Source: Trichoplax adhaerens | Lineage: Eukaryota; Animalia; Placozoa | NCBI RefSeq assembly: GCF_000150275.1 | Contig: NW_002060978.1 | Coordinates: 186,001-250,000, forward strand | Reading direction: 5' to 3' | DNA length: 64,000 nt | Part shown: in pieces, positions 13,342 to 23,520 of the stretch | How the letters are laid out: each line of letters opens with the position of its first letter | Position numbering within the stretch: position 1 is the stretch's first letter | Notes under the pieces: generated by a model | Database searches by the model: none | What the model was told of the DNA's origin: nothing | Seen by the model: only the letters and a program-made list of their open reading frames with translations | Made by a program: the position numbers and the translations under genes

Positions 13342-16300
13342 GCTGAAAAATGAAAATAGAAAGCATGGTACAGCTGTTTTGGCTAATGAAACTCTTTTAA
13401 TAATTAGCTTACTTCTAATGGAATGTCATATCCTTCATTCGTGGCTATGAAAAAAGCGATAACTCTCTTTTAACGTTTAAGTAGAATTGAATAACCTTGA
13501 AAGAAAAATTACGAAGAGTAACAGCACAGATAATTTACAAGTTCCTTTTCACTACTTGCGCTAGATTAACTTTTTTACAAATGGGAAGTTTAGGCCCTAT
13601 ATCAGTTTCGCCCTATTTCGAGGTAAAAGTAAAATGAAACTTAGCTTAGACTAATTAAAGCATGGACATAGTAAATGATTTACATGAATTGATCCGATAA
13701 TACTCTTGTAATCATTTATTATCGAAAATAGTTACATGCAGTAGATATTGCACATGTTCGCATCCGTTTTTACGTAGATAATTGATCGAATATGACATTG
13801 AAATCTTAAAATTCCGATTGTAGATAAATGCCTGATTTTAGCTTTATTTTTCGGTATAGAATAAGCAATAATTATGAATTAATCAGCTGATAGATATTTT
13901 CAATCTTTAATCATAGCTTTCAATTAATAATCTTTGATAATCTCTGTTACGACAACACATCTAAATGTAATGACTAAATTTTTATCTCTCTCACGTATAC
14001 AGTATGATTTTTAAAACCAATTATATGCAATATATTAGTATAGAATAACATATTGTAAGAAGGATTAGGTAATCGAATGCACTTTATATCACAGTTTTAT
14101 AGTAGGATATGTTTATCCAAACACTTCCAGATGTTATTGAAGATACTTCATATTTTAATCTGCTCTATTTATCACGATTGCATTATATCTATCTATATTA
14201 AATAGGGATAATTTAATCTGTATTAATCAATAATAAATAGAATCTACGCAGTCATCACATACAATAGTTGTCGTGATTAACTATTGATGTAAATGGCATG
14301 ATTTACTACCGCTAGAAGCCAAGACTTCATATTAATACTGATTCGAATTTTCTATCCAGTTATAGTTAAGCTTATACGATTGTATGGATTATAAGTTTTT
14401 CCTAGAACTTATAGTATACTGTAAGTAGAGTAATATCTAGTCAATAGGCTATGTTCAAATAAAGCGTTATAGTGGTACTGAGATTGGAGCTCAATTCTAA
14501 TCTAGCAGCAACGAGCTTATCTTGTCGTCTTTATTAATGGCGTCTTTATCACCATAGATACTTTAATTTGGCATGGTACCAAAGTGTACATCACTCTTAA
14601 AATACCGTAGTTTAACAACTAGATATGGTTAATTGCAATATTAAACTCATTTAGGGAGAACAGAATCAAGGTGAAAATAAGGAATGCTAGAATTATCTTA
14701 CAATTGTACGAAGCGTAAATAACTACTATCAATATTAAAATGCGATATTAAAATAATGGGCTAAAATTTTCTTTGAATTATTCCACATAATAATACAAGT
14801 GGCTGAAACGTTAATTTATCATCGTGGTTATTTATAGTATCGAATTTCATAGCTGTACTGGGTCTACATTTCTCCACACCTTATTCTATTTGGATAATTT
14901 TATCTAATACTGGAAAAAAAATTGTAACGATTGCATTGCTTCCAGATCGAATGGAAAATGTTTACTTGGTTTTGACATAATAGTTTAAATGATAACGTAG
15001 AGGTGACATTAGAAAGGCTTTCTAATAGTACATAGGCGAGAATTTATTGCAACTACATGTTAAGTGGTAAGTAATGATGATCGAAGTAATAGATTTATGA
15101 TAACACGATATAAGAGAGAAATCAATCTTTTTAGAATAGACTTGAAAATAATATGACTTAGGCTATCAACTTTTATTTGAGTTAGCAAATGGTCACCTCA
15201 ATTTTCGATAGATCTAGAATTGGAATGAGGGAATCAAAATGTTGCTTAGTTAAACTTTTTGGGGTATATGTATGTAAAATTATTAATTTCTGCTCCTTAT
15301 GTTTCTGTATTCAATATCCATAATCAAATTGGCGATACAATATGAGTTATCTAATCACAGTGCCTGTGTGATTGTTGTAACTCTTAACATGGTTGATTTT
15401 TCTTTCAACCAGAATTAACTAATTGGTAGTTTGTATTATCTGCAGCAAAGGCAATAATAAGGAATAGCCATCCATCGCCATTGATGAGTCTGCTTTAAGT
15501 ATAGAAACCAAATAAGAGCGTTATCTTGGATAACTATTCGTAGTTATCTATCGAGTAATCAACTAACGTGTCAACAAGTAAGTTATAGCATTATGTTAGA
15601 CCTTGATCCGCATCGAAAGGGGCTTAACAGTAGCGAAGAACTTAGCCTTTATTGTGGTGGTTGTAAATTAGGCAATAATCTTGTTTAATCAACGGTCTTT
15701 AAGATTGCTTTGCTCCACTTGAGGCACATTCAATAATCTACAACACAATTTTTTCATACTATAAAATCATCATTATTCTGTATCGATAGTTTAACAAATC
15801 GAGCGAACTTTACGATTACACTAATAGCGATTGGCAATCGACTTGTTTATTTTTTATGACGTTTCTGCATCAATATCGCCTTAAAATAATGCCTAATTAA
15901 GAGACTATTTCTCTTGTAGATTGTGAGATATCGACTGATTGTGATTTTTATGAGATGGTTGTTGCTACTATTCATCATTAAAAAAGAACGCGATAGCAAC
16001 CATAGATTAAAAGAGATTTAGGATAGAGCTAGTTAAATTAATCTCCCGTTATAGATTAGGGTAGAAAATATAACCCTACTATTCTATCTATCTCATAATT
16101 AAATCATATGTTGGAATAATTTAATAGGATATCAATCCACAACGTCAAATTATGATGTTAGAAGTCTTTAAAGTTATTTATTCGACTGGAAGGAGCCTAA
16201 TGATAATATTGATCAAGATGATGTGTTCTCCTCAATCGCAAATCGCATTGAAAATGTAGATCATTTAAAGATATTTGCTTTGCAAGCGTAATTCTCGTCA

Positions 16301-17460
16301 TTACAAGCTAATAATAATAGCTAAGATTCACCAACAATGTCCTATTAATACATCAAATTACACACAACGTTGTCCACAAGGAAGTTTTACAGTCTCATCG
16401 ACGTTGAATAAATCATAATACTATTGGATCTGTAGGACAGGTGATGTAATATAAAATCGATGCCTATTTGTGAATATCAGACTTACAGCAGCTTAAACTA
16501 TCCCATTGCTATAGCTGATTTTGCATCAAATATTGAGATCTATTGATAGCGTACTGCATCATGGCAAAATACCGTGATATTAACTGCCATCATTTATGTT
16601 CTAAAAATAATTTCCTTCTGGTGTGCTTGTTACATTATTAAAGCTATCTTCATGCATCTATCTCGTTTGTCCGTTAGGCCAGAAAACGGTAAGCTTGCAC
16701 TCTTTACCTATTTTGCCTTACTATTCGACTAGCCACGTCGCATTCACGTTGTAACCTCAAATGGTTATCTTCTTCATGCTAGCTCAATAAAGATTACTGT
16801 TTCAATATTTATTTCTCTAGTCATTTATTGCAATTATGAAAGACCTTCAATCTCCCGAAACATCAACATTGTCGTTATAGTTTTAATGCGAATTTTAGTC
16901 CATATACGCGTAAGTTACAGTTTACAGCTTCAAAAAAATTAGTTCGCCAATCTAGCTTTTACGCCTTTAATGATAATATGTTTAACACTGTAATTGCGGT
17001 TCTTAAACTTTCTATGGGCGCAAATTAGCGAGAAGAAAACAATTTTTGAACTTTTGACTTAGATTAGTTAATAATTTCATGTATGCGGTAATAAATATCT
17101 AAGGCAATTATTTTGATGATCAGATACTATAGCAGATGAAAGTCGTAGATAAAAAAATGTAATTTCTTGTAACGATTAAACAGATTATGAATCATATCGA
17201 CCGAGTTAAAAGATTAATAAGATTGCTTAGCTATCAAATGAGTTTATTTAAGTTGATATGCGAATATTTGTAAATGCATAACATTAATGATAGTTGCGGG
17301 GGTATTTCAGTCATCAGAGTATTAAACTGATCATAGAGACCATGGAGAAACCTCATGCATAATTTGTGTGCATTTTCGTGTTATTAATTCGCTAACAGAT
17401 AAACTAAGATGCGATTTGGCTATGTCAGACTGAATATGAATTATGCCCCAAAACAAAGTA

Positions 17461-20400
17461 CTAATTTGCTAAATGTTCAATCAACCGATTCCACGAGTTG
17501 TTATCATCCGCTCTTAAGTCTTCGATAACTTCGTGACCTGCATTGATCAAAAATTGAACAGCATTCTCCGAATTATCATCAAAGCGAATAGGATATTCTA
17601 ACCAATATTGCCAACGGCTGTAATGAGATCCCATAATAGAATGTAGTTCATCGTCCACGTTATTTTGTTGAGCTTCGAGTACGCGATGTAGTTTAGTTGC
17701 CCAAAACAGTGCACCTTGATTTGATTGCGGTCTAAGGATACTATTTACGGCATCGCCAGTTCCTAGAGACCATAAGTAAATGTTTTCTCGTTTAATACCT
17801 TGGTCGAGAGCATGTTTATATGCATATCCAGCTGGATTGTTGGCATGAACTCCACCGTCAATAAATACATGCTCTAATTTTTGCGTAGAATTAGTTTTGG
17901 TATTGTGCCTCTGATCTATTATAATCCGATGTGGAGGAAAGTAAGTAGGCGCTGCACTCGTTGCTAAAGCGACGTCTAATATCTTAAAATTCTTTCGCGG
18001 ATCTTTGAGGGCCTCACAACGTGTAAAGTAAGTAGTGACAAGTAGTTGATTTTGATTGCAAGCTGGTATAGCAACATCGGTTAAAAGTTGAGATAATGTA
18101 GTATCATTGAAGTATTGGCTTAGTACATTTTTTAAGCGTTTATCGCAATATTTGTGGCTGGCAAATCCAAGCCACGATATAGTCCTTTCGTAAAATATTT
18201 CAGATGATTTATCTTTATATAAAGATAAAATGTCAGCAGCTCGATATTTTGGCTTACAGCTGTTTTCAGCTTCGGGAGTGGTAAGACCAAGTGAGATAAT
18301 ACCTCCTGTTGATGTTCCAGATATTAAATTAAAGTTGTAGCTAATAGGTCGGTGTGTACAGCGTTCTATTTCCGATAAAACAACTGCAGGAATAATTCCA
18401 CGAATCCCTCCACCATCGATACTTAAAATATTATAAGAACTGAAGGAAGTAGAGCTCCGGCGCTGTTGGTAAGTCGTCGAGTTATAATCAAGTTGTGTTG
18501 CGTCGTATTGAAATTGACGTTGCTGATTGGAACTACGCTTAGTACACTTTTGAATTCTCGATCGTTCTCTCATAAAAATTTCATTATCGCGGTCTAATTT
18601 TAAGGCTATATTAATTACTTTAGCTGCCTTATCATAATCTTGAATGCCACGCTGTGCCTTGGCACAATAATACCAATACTGCGGTTGAGCACATAACTTT
18701 AGATTTGCAGATATCCTATCTCTTTGAGAGAGAAATCGGATTGCAGCATGATTTCGATTGCGTGCTAAATAACATTCAGCAATACGCCAACAAGCAGCCG
18801 AAGTAGGGAATAAACTTAGTGATTTAGTGTAATATTGTTTAGCCTCTTTATATTTTATCAATCGGCGTACTAAGCTTGCGGCGTCTGTTTTATTTGCCTC
18901 TATCATAAAGTGATCACCTATTCGCATTAAGATATCAGCAGCAATTATTTCGTTATTCTTAGCTGAATTTAGCTCTTTAAGTAATATCTTCAAGTTAAGA
19001 TTAATGTTATGTAGAAAAACGAATTTCGGCACTCCGTTTTCTAGATAATCTGATTCTACCCCTAGGCAGATAGTTGCTATTGACTCGTGGAGTGTCGGTA
19101 GTTGATGTTTTGGGTGCATTTTAACGAAAATCGATTCTGAATTTCGTATCTTAATGACATATAGCTGAAACTGAATTCTTGTTAATTTGGATACAATTTC
19201 TAGATAAGAATATTTCAAAATACCTTCATCTAGTAGTTCATCTTCATATTTTTCCAAGAATTCTTTGGCAATAGAAGAAGATTCGGTTCGTAGTTCTTTT
19301 AGGAAGTCCATTCGCGATAAAGTAAATAAGCCATCTGATAAAATATTCAACATATTCATCATATCCACTTTACGACCTAGACTAGTAACGTAAGAATGAA
19401 TAATCTTTTCGCCATCTATTTCATCGATATAGCTAGTTGGCATAGAGGCTATTGGCACTAAATTTTGAGTAGTAGTTTCTTTCTTTAGTGCTGCTGTAGG
19501 ATCAAAACCTAGCGCTGATAGAAAATCTTCAACCGACGCTAGACGATATTCGGTTATGCTAAAGAATTGAAAATTCTGAGAGGTAATACTATGCATTTCA
19601 ATCAGTTGTTCTTTAGCAAAATTTAAGTTATCATCTCGACCGGTGATCACATGCACTAGGGCAAAGTTTAATCTAGCTACCAATATTATTTCTTGCAAAC
19701 GACTAACAAAAGGTGATTCTTCAGCATCATTCAGCTTTTCTTCAGAACCTTCATCAGCGGATCTGTCGAACAGGAAGCTTTTTGCTTGTTTTGCCAATTT
19801 CCGGACGTAATTTATAAGCATTTTACTGACTTTATTGTCTAAAGCTTCAGCAGCATCTCTTAATTGGTCACTATTGAAGACACTCTCAAAAATCTTACAT
19901 GCTTCCGCTTCTAATGTAGAAGCTGGACACTTGGAAAAAGTAACTTTACCACTTATTAAAGTTTCTCCTATGATGACAAGTAAATAGGCAATGCCATCAG
20001 GGCGAAAATTATGATTCAGTAGATCTTCAATCATCTTTTTGGGCGAAATATCAATCGATCTTCCCTTGTCATAATGTATAAGGCGATAACCTGTTTCTTT
20101 CCTTTCATCATAATTTTGTGATAATTTTTCAAGGAATTGCTCGTAATCATCGCCATTATATGCTTTTATTGCGTCTGCAATTAAGTTATTTAAATTTTCA
20201 CGAATTCTCGGCTCTCTTAATAACTCCACTCCTTGTTGATAAATTTTACCACCCATAAAGATGCTGAACATACCTAAAATAATACCGCCTGATACACCAA
20301 TGGCTGTCCCCCATGGGCCTAATGCACTTCCAAGAACAGCACCAGTTTTTGCTACCGCTACTATGTTGGCGCAAGCCAGTCCGGCGCTACCTGCAACTAC

Positions 20401-22137
20401 AACTCCTCCTCCTGCTTTTGCTAACGCACCTTTTGTACGAAGACTTATAGCCTCAATTTTAGCTTTCGTGATATCTTCGTTTGGGCTAGAATAAGATACT
20501 AATTTTGCTTGAGGGATCACTAATTCATTTCGAACCAGTTCAGCAATATCTTGACGAACGATGTTATGCCGCTGCTGTCGTCCTGCATAAGTAGAGATCG
20601 CAGGCAATCTTGCATTGTCTACTGCTAATGATTGGCTGTTGCGATGAACAGAAATTGTCTGACAATGAATTGGTGGCCTACTTTGAGAATTATTTTCACT
20701 TTCTGATGTAACCTCTGGTTCGGGGGGAGTATTTCCTTTATTTTGCGATTTAACCTTAGCTAATATGTCACGAATTTCCATAAATTGTGAATCAGTAGCG
20801 TCCTGACATTCCAACAAGATACGTAATGCGCCAATAGCATACAATTGCGACTCCAATGGATACTCTGCGGCACGCAAAGCCGTAGAGATGCATTTTCTTA
20901 ATTCAACTTGTTGATGCTGATAACTATTGAACTTGGGCAAATCACGGTTTTGAGAAGCTAAGGTATCTATAATCTTGCAAGCAGCTCGATATTGCTGATA
21001 GCACAACTCAGCATATTTTTTTTTAATAAGAAGGTGTTCCTCTGGTGTTTTATTGACATAATCTTCACGCTTTAAAACTCTTAAGCGATCCAATTTATCT
21101 TTACCAACATTTTGCCAATCAACGACTATCGTTAAATATTCTTCTGCTTTTTTTCTATGGTAATCAGCAGCACACTCTGGTTCAGCCGAACCGACTAATC
21201 GTTCCAGTTGCTCTAAAGCGATTTGCTTCTGTTCCATTAATATCTGAAAAAATTTTTTGAAAACATCGTTATTTGGACTTTGCGGGAATCGATCAGGATG
21301 AAATTGGGAGAATAAGCGAAAGCGCTGATTGATATTTTTCTCTGTTAATTCCACATCGCCAAAGAAACTATCTCGTAACGCTGCCTCATCGCTGAGACAT
21401 AACTCAACTACTTGGGCAGCTCTGTAATCTAGTAATCCTTCCATATTTTCACGAATAGCTTGTTCTCCTTTTACTGCTTCTGATAAGCGCTTCAACTCTT
21501 CTTCTAATTTATTTGGTGGCGAAGCATTTTGATCAGTTGAAGCAAGTTCTTCCTTTGCAACGTTGATATTTTCAACCAATTCTACTTTGAATTCATTCAG
21601 AGCCTTTAACACAATGTAATAATTTCTTCGTACGTCAAGAAACTTTTGTAATGTCGGAAAAGGGCTCTTTATTGATTCTATAAAATTTTTCAGTAGCTGA
21701 TATAATTCATCACTGATATAAGATTGTAACTTGCTCAACACTTCGAGAAGAGTTTTAGGATCACTAGAATGCTCGATGATTTCGAATGTTTCCGTATTGC
21801 AAGATTGTATTTCACTTTCCAAATCCCGTAACTCTTGCTCAAACTTTTCAAGATATTTAGTGCTTAGTGATTTTTCATGTTCGACATTATTGTCTCTGTT
21901 GTAATGTTGGAGAAGGCTTACCTTCATAGAATGATATTTCATACGATAGTAATAGTAAGTAAGGTCGTCTCTCCCTTCAAGCTCATCTATATCAGCTTTA
22001 AGACGAGCCAATTGTTTCTCAAACTCTTCTTCGTCATTTATTCCATCAGAAATGATACCATCAATTTCTTGTAATTTAAGATCCAAGGTATGATTTATAA
22101 CGCTTTCTTGAGGTACATCACGATGACGGTCAGTCAT
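17461..22137 (-). CDS. Intronless multidomain patatin-like phospholipase (helical/coiled-coil N-terminus, J-domain-like HPD, Gly-rich hydrophobic segment, TPR-like repeats, C-terminal patatin), 1558 aa
   Basis: Uninterrupted 4677-nt ORF. Patatin motifs DGGGIRG (aa ~1241), GTSTG nucleophile elbow (Ser ~1276), ATSAAPTYF and DGG (Asp ~1427) are all intact. INQRFRLFSQFHPDRF (HPD ~aa 280) resembles J-domain helix II plus HPD. TPR-like pattern, e.g. YWYYCAKAQRGIQDYDKAAKVINIALKLD, at aa ~1065-1195. Confidence 0.93.
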   Translation of the reverse strand: MTDRHRDVPQESVINHTLDLKLQEIDGIISDGINDEEEFEKQLARLKADIDELEGRDDLTYYYYRMKYHSMKVSLLQHYNRDNNVEHEKSLSTKYLEKFEQELRDLESEIQSCNTETFEIIEHSSDPKTLLEVLSKLQSYISDELYQLLKNFIESIKSPFPTLQKFLDVRRNYYIVLKALNEFKVELVENINVAKEELASTDQNASPPNKLEEELKRLSEAVKGEQAIRENMEGLLDYRAAQVVELCLSDEAALRDSFFGDVELTEKNINQRFRLFSQFHPDRFPQSPNNDVFKKFFQILMEQKQIALEQLERLVGSAEPECAADYHRKKAEEYLTIVVDWQNVGKDKLDRLRVLKREDYVNKTPEEHLLIKKKYAELCYQQYRAACKIIDTLASQNRDLPKFNSYQHQQVELRKCISTALRAAEYPLESQLYAIGALRILLECQDATDSQFMEIRDILAKVKSQNKGNTPPEPEVTSESENNSQSRPPIHCQTISVHRNSQSLAVDNARLPAISTYAGRQQRHNIVRQDIAELVRNELVIPQAKLVSYSSPNEDITKAKIEAISLRTKGALAKAGGGVVVAGSAGLACANIVAVAKTGAVLGSALGPWGTAIGVSGGIILGMFSIFMGGKIYQQGVELLREPRIRENLNNLIADAIKAYNGDDYEQFLEKLSQNYDERKETGYRLIHYDKGRSIDISPKKMIEDLLNHNFRPDGIAYLLVIIGETLISGKVTFSKCPASTLEAEACKIFESVFNSDQLRDAAEALDNKVSKMLINYVRKLAKQAKSFLFDRSADEGSEEKLNDAEESPFVSRLQEIILVARLNFALVHVITGRDDNLNFAKEQLIEMHSITSQNFQFFSITEYRLASVEDFLSALGFDPTAALKKETTTQNLVPIASMPTSYIDEIDGEKIIHSYVTSLGRKVDMMNMLNILSDGLFTLSRMDFLKELRTESSSIAKEFLEKYEDELLDEGILKYSYLEIVSKLTRIQFQLYVIKIRNSESIFVKMHPKHQLPTLHESIATICLGVESDYLENGVPKFVFLHNINLNLKILLKELNSAKNNEIIAADILMRIGDHFMIEANKTDAASLVRRLIKYKEAKQYYTKSLSLFPTSAACWRIAECYLARNRNHAAIRFLSQRDRISANLKLCAQPQYWYYCAKAQRGIQDYDKAAKVINIALKLDRDNEIFMRERSRIQKCTKRSSNQQRQFQYDATQLDYNSTTYQQRRSSTSFSSYNILSIDGGGIRGIIPAVVLSEIERCTHRPISYNFNLISGTSTGGIISLGLTTPEAENSCKPKYRAADILSLYKDKSSEIFYERTISWLGFASHKYCDKRLKNVLSQYFNDTTLSQLLTDVAIPACNQNQLLVTTYFTRCEALKDPRKNFKILDVALATSAAPTYFPPHRIIIDQRHNTKTNSTQKLEHVFIDGGVHANNPAGYAYKHALDQGIKRENIYLWSLGTGDAVNSILRPQSNQGALFWATKLHRVLEAQQNNVDDELHSIMGSHYSRWQYWLEYPIRFDDNSENAVQFLINAGHEVIEDLRADDNNSWNRLIEHLAN

Positions 22138-23009
22138 GATGATTCTATTGTTTCTTTCTGAAACAGCTGTATTTAAGAAAATGGATTAAGATTTTAATCG
22201 ATGGCAATATTTTGTTACTCAAACTGTAGGAGTTGCCGAAATTTTACTAATGAAGTCAATTAGCTTATCAAGTAACTGGCACTCTGGGACAGCAACAATA
22301 GCATAAATGTGTGGGTTACTTTTATAACTACTATTACTTAAGAGAAATAACTGCCACTTAACGGCATTATGATAACCACAGTAATCGAAATGGTTTACAA
22401 TTCTGAATAAAAATACCTTCAGCAGCGATAAGATGGAAGATTATCTTTTCTTCTTAATAACTATGAATATTCAGTTTTGGGATTACTTTAAGGTTTTACA
22501 GCTACGGTAGTAATTTCTTTTTATTCGGTATTTTAGCGTTATAGCTGATCTTTGAAATTTATCTTTCGACGGAGAGCCTTTGAAGTGCTCCTAAATGAAA
22601 TAAAATCCTGTCTTGTTTTATTTATTTTCGAAGCTTTGGTAAGGTCAATTACAGAGGTTACCGTACTTCCTGGTTTTGATATTTTCGATTCAAACAATGA
22701 TCCTTAACACGCCTTCTGAGATGATTTGCATAGCAGCGGTCATTTTAATTTATACAATGCTGAACGATAGAATCACTGCTGTGACTAATTCAAAGGAACG
22801 GAAAGTTAATTTCAGCCACAAAACTATTTCCCGAAAGTAAGGAGTAAAACAAATAGGGTTTATGACATCATCAATTTGGGAGTTACTTTCCAATTTTGTT
22901 TGGTTTCTAGTTGAAGTGATAAGATCCCAAGATGCTTTGTACACTATTCTTCAGTGATACTTTTAGTTAGGGTAATTAATACTACGGCTAATTAACTTAA
23001 CTTAACTAG

Positions 23010-23328
23010 ATCTTCTGATCGAGCCAAGTGCTGTTCAAGAAAGGTTTTGATACTTCTTAAGAAGCGGTTGATGCCTATCGGCGTCACCATTTTAGCTACA
23101 ACGTTAGAATAAGGTTTTCATTCTAAAATAATATTCCATTCGATAATAATAATTTAATTCGCGGGTTCATTCTAAATCATCTGTGCCTGATCTGAACTCT
23201 TTCAACTACCAATTCAATTTACTTTCGTTGAATAGTTCTGCTATCAAGTTATCATCAATCATGATTAACTTATCCTGTAATACGGGGATTTTGTAGTGTT
23301 TTGGCGGTAGATAATCAAGCGATATCAT
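23010..23328 (-). pseudogene. N-terminal fragment of a paralog of the 1558-aa patatin gene (minus strand)
   Basis: Hand translation from ATG at 23328: MISLDYLPPKHYKIPVLQDKLIMIDDNLIAELFNESKLNW*LKEFRSGTDDLE*TRELNYYYRMEYYFRMKTLF*...LLKKY. This aligns with residues 1-100 of the intact protein (LDLKLQEID...DIDELEGRDDLTYYYYRMKYHSMKVSLL...LSTKY) and has several in-frame stops. Left boundary is approximate. Confidence 0.85.
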
Positions 23329-23520
23329 TCTTTTTAATACTTTGGAAATCAATAAACTATCCGAGATAGATAAACAAACGAGCATTTAAAGAGTAAATTA
23401 GCGTGTTCGGGAGATTTAAGCGTTTACATAAGATGGCATATAGTTTCATCTGGCGATGATATTTCCGTATGAATTAAAAATAAAACCTTGAAATAGACCA
23501 GAATGGTATCTATGTCTGGT

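Noticed and set aside
20261-22074. Plus-strand ORFs 20261-20494 and 21877-22074
   Set aside because: Antisense shadows of the patatin CDS. The same applies to ORFs antisense to or out of frame with ClC, YIPF5 and thioredoxin exons.
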